DNA from: Candidatus Nanohalarchaeota archaeon
GTDB taxonomy: Archaea > EX4484-52 > B79-G9
Assembly (NCBI GenBank): GCA_030635525.1
Contig: DAOVYR010000001.1
Location: 1-26,048 of the forward strand
DNA: 26,048 bases
Reading direction: 5' to 3'
Shown here piece after piece: positions 17,499-25,514 of this stretch. Each line of letters opens with the position of its first letter. The stretch's first letter is position 1. Under the pieces are notes generated by a model. That model saw nothing but the letters and a program-made list of their open reading frames with translations. It made no database searches and was not told the DNA's origin. The translations under genes were made by a program, and so were the position numbers.

Positions 17499-17531
17499 GT
17501 AGTATATATATATTATGTAGTATATATAATT
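17499..17531 (-). promoter_or_regulatory. Tandem 12-nt direct repeat of a TATA-like motif
   Basis: gtagtatatata at 17499-17510 and 17517-17528, in the 103-nt gap upstream of the family C gene. Confidence 0.55.
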
Positions 17532-17539
17532 ACCTCACA

Positions 17540-18787
17540 TCAATTCCACTGTTTCAGCGTAAGATTCAGATACTCAAAATTCGGCATCGGCGTAGCCACA
17601 ATAAACGACCGTATCCTCTTTCCTTCAGGTATCTGTGAGCCAAGCCTTACAGGCTCTCTTGCAAACGATTGATTGTACACCATATCCCTTATCGAATCAG
17701 ATGCTGATGAACCCGCCGATAAATCAAACATTTCACCGCCCGTTTCATTACCCATCTCAGTCATCCATTCACTCAACAATCCTTTGCCACAGTCACAATA
17801 AGTGACTCCTCCTGTAGTTTCAACAGTCAAATCCACACAATCATTTGGATTATTGGAAAAACATATCACTCCGCACGAATCTGCTTTCAATGGAAATATC
17901 TTTACCTTATTATCTTTTGCAGACCCTATACCCTTATCAAGAGTTTTTCTCTGTGTTCCGCAACCCGCTTCGGTGCATCCGCACTCACTACCGGCAGTTA
18001 GCTCATCAGATAACGGCATCCCTATTCTGATAGAGAAATCATTCCATCCATCTTCACCTGGTCCGGCCTCAGATAGACAAGCAACTCCATTGCCCCAGTC
18101 TTCATCTGTTGTATGCGGATAAGAACATTCAGTTTCCTTTTCAGAAATCGCATGACAGTCAAAATCCGGTATATCTGCAAAATCCGCACAAGTAACTGTT
18201 GCTGTATGCACTATACTGGTTGTCATATTGTCCTTCCAGTAGCATGTAGCCTGCGATTCCAGGAAATACAAATCAATCGTCGTATCTTTCCCTTCCTTTT
18301 TTAATTCATTTAATATATCCGGAACTTCTGTTTTAAGAGCCATAATATCATCACACATAGACCTCGATGTATCAGCCACAACAAAAATCTGCACACCAGA
18401 CCTGTGCGGTATCGGCAGCGTCAGATTCCAATGTCCTTCCCCGTAAATCGCATCAAGCCTCTTTGCAACCTCTTCGTCCACATTGATGACAAGCGGATTC
18501 TTAGGTCCCCCAAGATCAACAGTAGTATTCTCAAGAAACCCTACATACCCCAGGAGCTCAAGAAAAGTCTTCCCGCTCCGATCCTCAGTCATCACCATAA
18601 ACGCATTCACACCGGACCTGAAAGACGCTTCCTCCTGCGCACTCTGCCCTGTCCCCTGCGTCGTAAGCTTCTGGTCAACCACAACAGATTTCAGGACAAT
18701 AATAATGATAGTAACAACAACAACAAGAATCAAAAAATTAAGTATCTCTCCAGCCTGTCCCTTCTTAATGTTTCTCATCTTCATCAT
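17540..18787 (-). CDS. Class III signal peptide protein, family A, with an inserted von Willebrand factor A domain (415 aa)
   Basis: KKG|QAGEILNFLILVVVVTIIIIVL. MIDAS DxSxS as IFVVADTSRSM (18359-18373), later MPLSDE. KIFPL and TGGEMFDL are vWA-like strands. Ends LTLKQWN, like family A. Confidence 0.8.
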   Translation of the reverse strand: MMKMRNIKKGQAGEILNFLILVVVVTIIIIVLKSVVVDQKLTTQGTGQSAQEEASFRSGVNAFMVMTEDRSGKTFLELLGYVGFLENTTVDLGGPKNPLVINVDEEVAKRLDAIYGEGHWNLTLPIPHRSGVQIFVVADTSRSMCDDIMALKTEVPDILNELKKEGKDTTIDLYFLESQATCYWKDNMTTSIVHTATVTCADFADIPDFDCHAISEKETECSYPHTTDEDWGNGVACLSEAGPGEDGWNDFSIRIGMPLSDELTAGSECGCTEAGCGTQRKTLDKGIGSAKDNKVKIFPLKADSCGVICFSNNPNDCVDLTVETTGGVTYCDCGKGLLSEWMTEMGNETGGEMFDLSAGSSASDSIRDMVYNQSFAREPVRLGSQIPEGKRIRSFIVATPMPNFEYLNLTLKQWN

Positions 18788-19554
18788 GTTCTCACCACCA
18801 CCATGTCTGAAGAATACCTGTACTCTGCTGATATCTGATATTCTCCTCTTACCTTAATCCCGTCAAAGAATATCTCGCAATACATATCTCTGCACACTTT
18901 ATCCTTGCCAAGCACCATGCACAATTTTCCATCTTCATATAATATCGGATAATCTATATGAAATGTCCTTTTATCTTCAAAACTGCTGTAACTTCTTCTC
19001 CCTGCCATACAAATATAGTCAAAAAATCCTGCCACCCGCTCAAGATCCCCTGAAAATGTAGTGACCTTGATCCTCCCGGGATTTACCTCTGTTGCAGAAT
19101 GCCTTATTGCAATCGGCATTGAAGACACTTTTCTCTGGTCAAGCACTCTGTTCGCGATCTTCTTATCGTAATCCGGTGCCCCGAATGTCCATACATCATC
19201 AGTCATCAAATCCCTGACCTCAACATGCCACCCGCGAATATAATTTCTCGCACACTCCGGCTCTACATCAGCATATTTTTTCTCAAACTCTTCAAGTTTT
19301 TCAACAGACACAATTGAGCCATAAACCCCCAGCTCAAGAGGATTATATGCAATGCAATCCTCGGAATTAGTCAAGATGGATATTGTGGCACTTGTATCAA
19401 CAATCGCATCAATCGCCCCGGCATCTTTATACGCCTGCATTTTATAGTTTTGCAGCGCATAAAAAATCACAAACAGTACAATGATTGTCATAATCAGCGC
19501 AATCGGCTTCACAATATAATATTGTCCCTTTTTGGTATTATTATCTACTGACAT
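18784..19554 (-). CDS. Class III signal peptide protein, family B (256 aa)
   Basis: TKKG|QYYIVKPIALIMTIIVLFVIFYAL. Paralog of 3970..4731. ATGA overlap with 17540..18787. Confidence 0.85.
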   Translation of the reverse strand: MSVDNNTKKGQYYIVKPIALIMTIIVLFVIFYALQNYKMQAYKDAGAIDAIVDTSATISILTNSEDCIAYNPLELGVYGSIVSVEKLEEFEKKYADVEPECARNYIRGWHVEVRDLMTDDVWTFGAPDYDKKIANRVLDQRKVSSMPIAIRHSATEVNPGRIKVTTFSGDLERVAGFFDYICMAGRRSYSSFEDKRTFHIDYPILYEDGKLCMVLGKDKVCRDMYCEIFFDGIKVRGEYQISAEYRYSSDMVVVRT

Positions 19555-19567
19555 AATGCATCACATT

Positions 19568-22060
19568 TTAACATCCCATTGGATTTCCTGCCTCCATTGG
19601 ATTCCTCTTAAATGGGCATGATACGCTGTTATCTGCAAGTATGCTGCATCCCTCTGTAATTGCATGTGGATGATGTATAGAGCAACTTGACAGATCATCG
19701 CACCACGGGCAGTCACACTCCACATCACCGCCATTTACCTCGCAGTTATCAGCATCCGTCGGTATTATCGCTTGCCCGTCACAGACAATCCCCTGGAAAC
19801 CATACCGTCCATTATCATTCCATAAATCCTTCATACTTGTACAATATAAATCACCGCTTAAAGTGCTCATCGGGTAGACCTCATGAAATGTTGTATCAAC
19901 AACAATCCAGTTTCCATCCCCTGCAGCATTGCATTCATCAACAATAAACTGCCCTCCCTGATGCAACTTATAATTACCATATTTACCAAGATTCTCAATC
20001 GAGCTATCGCACTGTAAAAGATTCCATGCATGAGCCGTATCACCGACATTATAGAATGCAGACCATACATTATGCGCAGGAACACCAAGTGTCCTCAATA
20101 TACTGGTCACCGCAGTAGAATGGTCCCCACAGTAGCCTACACCGCAGCACTTATCATATACTTCCGCAGTAATAGTGCACGCACCATAGCATGAACTTGC
20201 CGGCGGGCAACAGTTTTGGAAATCTGCGAAATAATCTTCATTATGAACTATAGTCTTACTTGCAGGTTGCACAAGCGTAGCACTGTACCTGCTGCCATCA
20301 AACGCCCACCCGTCCGGCGAATCCGCTAACCAGTTCTCAATCACCTGCTCTATGTCCCATCCGCGCCTATCAAGGAAATTCATAACATCCCGCTGGCAAA
20401 CCTCAAGAGCATCAGTATGCCACACAAGCCCATCCTGATCAATAACCGACTTAGTCCACACACCTATATCAACCTTCGCCCCGCAATCCGGCTCTCCGCA
20501 GTCCGGATCCCATCTCTTCCACCTGCTCAGATCACAGTCTGTGTCGCAGACACCATCATCAACAGTTGAACAACGGCTATCCCCGAAAACGCTCGCACTT
20601 CCGGGTCCGCCGCCACCGGGACAGTCCGCAGCATCGGCAGCACACGGTCCGGTGCAGACCCATGCGCATCCATTATCATTCCCAATGCAATCCGGATCAG
20701 CTGCTGCACCAAAACATGGATAATAACCATTCATATCCGCCCAATCACCAATGCATGTCTGCTCACTATAGCAAATACCGTCTGCTGCATCAGTACAGTC
20801 TTCAAAATTATGCCCTGGAACAGGCAATGTTGTAGTATAAGGGGTCTCCCAGTTTTTTGGATGCGTACCGTCAATTCCAATAGGCCATTTTGCAATATGA
20901 TTAGGTATATCCTCACTCGCAGACGAAAATGGGCTAATCTCACACCATCCGTTCCCGTCGCATGCAGGCTTGTTTGGATCAGAATTATCAGCGCAAATCA
21001 TCGACCCGGGGCAGCATGCCAGATCAAGTCCCATATCCTCCCCGCAACATGGTATGCTTGAACAATCATCACCCTCTCCCGCGCACTTCCCGCAATCAGG
21101 GTCATACAGCCCGCCGCAATCAGGATCGCATATCCCATTCTCACTCCTGTCAAGCCATGAAGTATTCACAGGTCCCGCGCAATCAAGATCACACACTCCG
21201 TCCGGATAAAGCCTCTTAACAACTGTACCCTTATACCCGCAGTCAAGATCGCAAAACCCATCCTCAGAAACAAAAGTCCCGTTAACATCAGTCATATTAT
21301 ACTTATTACAGTCAACATCACAAATCCCCCAGCTTGACGTCCCGTTATTCAGGCAGTCAATATCACACATACTATCCTCATCCATATGCGAATCACCGTC
21401 ACATATCCTATCCTCGTCAGTAGACCTTTTGTACCCTTTCCCGTCATCCTCAAAAGCCCTGATGCAGTCCCTTGCCTCATTCACCTTATCCTCTTCATTA
21501 GTAAAGCAGTCCCTGTCACATATATTGTCGCTTGCAAGAGAACAGCGGTCATCACACACCTGATCCTCAACCTCATCCACATTGCAGTCCGGGTCGCAGT
21601 CAGCATTCACTATACATGCCGGATCGCATCTATTATCATTAGTATTGCAAATGCACTTATCATCACTCAATGCAATGCGCATATCATCCTGATTCTTCAC
21701 CATGCACAGATATTTTGGCTTCTCAATCGTATAAGGTCTCGTATGCGTAAGTGCCATAAAAGGCGCACTATAACTCTTTCCGTCTGCACTCACTTTAAGC
21801 CTCTTATAATCCACCTCTACATCCACATTCATACCCTTCGGTAGCGTGTAAAGTATGCCCACACTGCCTGCCTCAGCAGCAACCCTGTCAATACTTACAG
21901 CAATATCCTTTGCAACAAAAGCAAGCGCAGATTCTTCAGCCGCCTCAGACTGCCCGCCAAAAATCATAGAACCCATAGACGCCATCAGCACAAACGAAAT
22001 AATTACACCGAAAGCTAACAAAACAGTTTCAGAAATCACAATTGCTCCTTTACGCTTCAT
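19568..22060 (-). CDS. Class III signal peptide protein, family D, with a Cys/Asp repeat stalk and a C-terminal transglutaminase-like (Cys-His-Asp) domain (830 aa)
   Basis: MKRKG|AIVISETVLLAFGVIISFVLM. About 11 CDxDC-type repeats. GYCGDHSTAVTSILRTLGVPA (Cys 20129-31), AHAWNL (His 20030-32), WIVVDTT (Asp 19895-97). Start moved from 22135. Confidence 0.85.
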   Translation of the reverse strand: MKRKGAIVISETVLLAFGVIISFVLMASMGSMIFGGQSEAAEESALAFVAKDIAVSIDRVAAEAGSVGILYTLPKGMNVDVEVDYKRLKVSADGKSYSAPFMALTHTRPYTIEKPKYLCMVKNQDDMRIALSDDKCICNTNDNRCDPACIVNADCDPDCNVDEVEDQVCDDRCSLASDNICDRDCFTNEEDKVNEARDCIRAFEDDGKGYKRSTDEDRICDGDSHMDEDSMCDIDCLNNGTSSWGICDVDCNKYNMTDVNGTFVSEDGFCDLDCGYKGTVVKRLYPDGVCDLDCAGPVNTSWLDRSENGICDPDCGGLYDPDCGKCAGEGDDCSSIPCCGEDMGLDLACCPGSMICADNSDPNKPACDGNGWCEISPFSSASEDIPNHIAKWPIGIDGTHPKNWETPYTTTLPVPGHNFEDCTDAADGICYSEQTCIGDWADMNGYYPCFGAAADPDCIGNDNGCAWVCTGPCAADAADCPGGGGPGSASVFGDSRCSTVDDGVCDTDCDLSRWKRWDPDCGEPDCGAKVDIGVWTKSVIDQDGLVWHTDALEVCQRDVMNFLDRRGWDIEQVIENWLADSPDGWAFDGSRYSATLVQPASKTIVHNEDYFADFQNCCPPASSCYGACTITAEVYDKCCGVGYCGDHSTAVTSILRTLGVPAHNVWSAFYNVGDTAHAWNLLQCDSSIENLGKYGNYKLHQGGQFIVDECNAAGDGNWIVVDTTFHEVYPMSTLSGDLYCTSMKDLWNDNGRYGFQGIVCDGQAIIPTDADNCEVNGGDVECDCPWCDDLSSCSIHHPHAITEGCSILADNSVSCPFKRNPMEAGNPMGC
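21729..21811. repeat. 83-nt perfect direct repeat, copy 1
   Basis: Identical base for base to 22804-22886. Confidence 0.9.
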
Positions 22061-22151
22061 ATTCACGTCTCTAATACTACTCAATATATATCTACTAAAC
22101 ACATATATTGTAGCAACTACTATATAAAATTTCAAACCATTCCTTCAATTT

Positions 22152-22166
22152 CAGTATATATATTAT
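22152..22166 (-). promoter_or_regulatory. TATA-box-like motif (minus strand ATAATATATATACTG)
   Basis: Shares agtatatatattat with 17501-17514. Lies in the AT-rich gap upstream of 19568..22060. Confidence 0.5.
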
Positions 22167-22175
22167 TATCTCCCA

Positions 22176-23135
22176 TCAGAATCCCATATCACAATCCATA
22201 TCATACAACTCCCCGCAGTCAGGATCGCATACATTATTCACAATAGCGCAATCAAGGTCACACACCCCATCCTCATAGAGCATCTTCACCCCATTATCTC
22301 CCGCAACATACCCGCAATCCAGATCACAAAACCCGTCTTGTGAGAAATACACCCCATTCTCCATATACATCCCATACTTATTGCAGTCAACATCACAAAG
22401 CCCCCAGCTTGACGTCCCGTTATTCATACAGTCAATATCACACATCTCATCCTCAACCATATGTGAATCCGCATCGCATATCCGGTCCTCACTAACAGAC
22501 CTCTTATAGCCATTATCATCAGTCTCAAAAACATCAATACAATCCCTTACCTCATTCACCATATCCTTCTCATTAGTAAAACAATCCATATCACATACCC
22601 TATCACCCTCCTTTGAACACCGCCTGTCGCACACCCTGTCCTCAACCCCATCCGCATTGCACGCCGGGTCACATGCAGGCCCAACAATGCATGCCGGATC
22701 GCACCGTTTATCAGCAGTATAGCACACGCACTTATCCTTGCTCAAAGAAATCCTCATATCATCCTGGTTTTTCACCATGCACAGATACTGTGGCTTATCG
22801 ATTGTATAAGGTCTCGTATGCGTAAGTGCCATAAAAGGCGCACTATAACTCTTTCCGTCTGCACTCACTTTAAGCCTCTTATAATCAACATCCACATCCA
22901 CTTTCATCCCCTTGGGCACTTTGTAGACCATGGCCACACTGCCCGCCTCCGCCGCCACACTATCCAGATTCAAAGCAATATCCTTCGCAACAAGCGCAAG
23001 CGCCGAAATATCCGCCGCCTCAGACTGCCCGGAAAAAAGCATAGATCCCATAGTTCCCATCAGTACAAACGATATAATGATGCCAAAAGCTACAAGAACA
23101 GTTTCAGAAATAACAATTGCGCCCAGCCGCCTCAC
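22176..23135 (-). CDS. Class III signal peptide protein, family D, with a Cys/Asp repeat stalk and no catalytic domain (319 aa)
   Basis: GTG start, RRLG|AIVISETVLVAFGIIISFVLM. Colinear with the N-terminal part (about 320 aa) of 19568..22060, ending CDPDCGELYDMDCDMGF. Confidence 0.85.
   Translation of the reverse strand: MRRLGAIVISETVLVAFGIIISFVLMGTMGSMLFSGQSEAADISALALVAKDIALNLDSVAAEAGSVAMVYKVPKGMKVDVDVDYKRLKVSADGKSYSAPFMALTHTRPYTIDKPQYLCMVKNQDDMRISLSKDKCVCYTADKRCDPACIVGPACDPACNADGVEDRVCDRRCSKEGDRVCDMDCFTNEKDMVNEVRDCIDVFETDDNGYKRSVSEDRICDADSHMVEDEMCDIDCMNNGTSSWGLCDVDCNKYGMYMENGVYFSQDGFCDLDCGYVAGDNGVKMLYEDGVCDLDCAIVNNVCDPDCGELYDMDCDMGF
22804..22886. repeat. 83-nt perfect direct repeat, copy 2
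   Basis: Identical to 21729-21811. Confidence 0.9.
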
Positions 23136-23232
23136 AATAACAACACACTCTCCAAAATGATTCCGTAAAATATATTTACACACGTATTATATTCATCTTC
23201 AAAAAATCAATCACAATACCATTCCTGCTTTC

Positions 23233-24123
23233 TCAGCAGTTTGAGTCTGCTAAATCAATATCTCCGTCACAGTCATTATCAATACCATCGCCGCAATTTG
23301 TTTCTACTGCACCACAATCCGAATCCTCATCATCAATACAGCCGTCGCGGTCATTATCCATAGCATCATCACATATTGTCTCACTCAACTCTATACAATG
23401 TTTGCTCCAGTCATCCCCCATTACCCCTTGTGGGTTATCAGGATCTGCGCAATAACCGCACCTCTTCTTCACAACGCACACACAGTTTTCACATTTCATA
23501 TAAGAGCACGAGCCATATATCGGCTCACATGTAGTGGGCAGCGAATCACACTCCTCGCCAATATCCACATTCCCGTTCCCGCACGGCGAATCCTCCTTCA
23601 GGGATATTATCTTTTCAGAATTAATGCTCACCAAATCCTCACCGCTTTTAACAATAACCATTTCATAAGCATGCACAACATCTTCCCCTATTATTTGGTT
23701 CACCCGCGAAAAAAGGTTCTGCTCAAGACTCGGAGTGCCCAGGTACGACATATTAACATCACAACGAAGTTCCTCGCAATGCGGCTCATCACCATAGAAT
23801 TGTATGCACAAAAACTTACCCTCTGACCGCGTTTCTTGACTTATCATAACCGAAACCTTGTCCGGCGGTGGACCGGAAACATCAGAACTATAGATTGCCT
23901 TAATATCATCCGGGAAACTGCACTTATGAGGATAAATATTTTCAAGCCCTCCCTGGCACACCATCCTCGTCTTTGCCACCAGTTCAGAAAATTCCTGCAC
24001 AGCCATATATCGCTGCGTATCACTTAGCTGGTTGCCTCCGATAGACATACCGATAGCAAACACCATCATACCCATAGTAGTAAGGCCAAGGATCCATATC
24101 CATGTTGCTATTTCCGCTTTCAT
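23233..24123 (-). CDS. Pilin-like protein, family E, with C-terminal CGNG..EECD and DGIDNDCDG-type Cys/Asp repeats (296 aa)
   Basis: MKA|[23 protein letters not shown] (short, atypical leader). Family E core. Tail [53 protein letters not shown]. Confidence 0.8.
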   Translation of the reverse strand: MKAEIATWIWILGLTTMGMMVFAIGMSIGGNQLSDTQRYMAVQEFSELVAKTRMVCQGGLENIYPHKCSFPDDIKAIYSSDVSGPPPDKVSVMISQETRSEGKFLCIQFYGDEPHCEELRCDVNMSYLGTPSLEQNLFSRVNQIIGEDVVHAYEMVIVKSGEDLVSINSEKIISLKEDSPCGNGNVDIGEECDSLPTTCEPIYGSCSYMKCENCVCVVKKRCGYCADPDNPQGVMGDDWSKHCIELSETICDDAMDNDRDGCIDDEDSDCGAVETNCGDGIDNDCDGDIDLADSNC

Positions 24124-24171
24124 AAATACCACAATAAAATATATTATTATCCTATATAAATAATTTCCAGA

Positions 24172-24786
24172 TTATATACCGGGAATTCCTAAAAAAGCAC
24201 TTTCTGCAAACTGGTACAGCAAATAAATCCCTGCCAATGCCGCTCCGATAAACGCCAGATAAACAATAATCTCAAGAATCTTTGCGATAGCTGACAGGAA
24301 ACTGTGCTTCGGCTTAGCAGGAACCTGCACCATCACAGGAGGTTGTTGAGGCGGAACCTGCCCGGGAGTTTGTTCCTGCGGCACCCCTGCCACCGGCGGC
24401 AACGGCTGATTCTGCACCATCTCATCGGGTCTGCGATACTTCTCTTGTGACTCATAATCTCTCATCATTCCATCTCTTTTGGGCCTCTCCTCAGAATCAT
24501 AAGATACCCTCCTGCTTCCATCATCAATCTCACTTTCATCCGCGTTCGTCATTTTTTCTCTCTCATAACCATCCTGCTCATACTCATTACTTCCGAATCC
24601 GGGTGTTCTCGACCTTTCATCATCCCTAGTTGTGTTATTTTCGGGGCATCCTTCACAATATTCAGGACTACCCAAGCCAGTATTTTGCCCTGCCGACTCA
24701 CCTGCAGGAACAATCTTAGTGCCGCAGCCAAAGCAATATCTTTCCCCTGCCTTTACCAACGCACCGCAATTTGGACAATATGGCAT
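24172..24786 (-). CDS. Zinc-ribbon membrane protein (204 aa)
   Basis: RBS GGTGA before the ATG at 24786. MPYCPNCG...YCFGCG double CxxC, charged and P/Q-rich linker, C-terminal TM (ILEIIVYLAFIGAALAGIYLLY). Confidence 0.8.
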   Translation of the reverse strand: MPYCPNCGALVKAGERYCFGCGTKIVPAGESAGQNTGLGSPEYCEGCPENNTTRDDERSRTPGFGSNEYEQDGYEREKMTNADESEIDDGSRRVSYDSEERPKRDGMMRDYESQEKYRRPDEMVQNQPLPPVAGVPQEQTPGQVPPQQPPVMVQVPAKPKHSFLSAIAKILEIIVYLAFIGAALAGIYLLYQFAESAFLGIPGI

Positions 24787-24834
24787 AAAATTCACCGCTT
24801 AAACATTTCGCACAACAGCTTATATAATTTTAAT

Positions 24835-25392
24835 TTATTTCAAAACCGGTTTTGCCTCAATCAGAACATTATCCTTGCCAGTCTTTGCAATACTCACCTT
24901 ATAGTTAAACACTCCTCCGGAAAGCCGTGCAATCCTATCAAGTTTCGACCCAGTGCGCGGAGTACCTATATATGTCATAGTGACATTGCATGCTGTCTTT
25001 TTACAATTAAACGTATCAAAATCATGCTCGACCTGGAACTGGTAGCACATATAATATCCGGAGGTAGCATTAAGATTTTCAATATAATATGGAGCCGAAT
25101 CATGAGGCGGCCCGTCATTTTCAGACACATATATCGCATAGACATCCCTGTTCACAGAGATGTCTTTTCCATATCTTGAACCTTTTGGCATTGAACATAT
25201 CTCATTTGCAGTATTATATATCATATTGTACTTTTCCACAACCTGCTGATTATTCAATTGCACAATAAGCATCATGATATTCTGCTGCGCACTCGCAAAA
25301 ACAAACGCCGCCATCATAATGCCTATAATGATCCACACCCATATAGACATGGAAATACCTTTACTCTTATTCATGCGCGAATTCATCTTCAT
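24835..25392 (-). CDS. Class III signal peptide protein, family E, minimal form (about 185 aa)
   Basis: KSKG|ISMSIWVWIIIGIMMAAFVF. EIC...YAIYVSE...YMCYQF...C...CNVTMTYIGTP. TATATAT begins about 30 nt upstream of the ATG at 25392. Confidence 0.85.
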   Translation of the reverse strand: MKMNSRMNKSKGISMSIWVWIIIGIMMAAFVFASAQQNIMMLIVQLNNQQVVEKYNMIYNTANEICSMPKGSRYGKDISVNRDVYAIYVSENDGPPHDSAPYYIENLNATSGYYMCYQFQVEHDFDTFNCKKTACNVTMTYIGTPRTGSKLDRIARLSGGVFNYKVSIAKTGKDNVLIEAKPVLK

Positions 25393-25514
25393 GCAAGTCA
25401 ATTAGCATAACTGACATATATACTTGATGCACGCAAAAGCCAGTAAACATTTATAAATATTAAACAAGCATTCTACAACATCTAATAACAACAATAATGA
25501 TTCAGGTGATTATA

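Noticed and set aside
19568-23135. Diversity-generating retroelement (template/variable repeat pair) as an explanation for the duplicated D genes
   Set aside because: There is no reverse transcriptase in the window. The repeat is perfectly identical rather than A-specifically mutated, and it lies in the N-terminal region of both genes.
2117-25392. Archaellum (flaB/arlB) operon
   Set aside because: None of the pilin-like proteins shows the archaellin N-terminus (G.GTLI[VI]FIA.VLVAAVAA), and no flaH/I/J genes are present.
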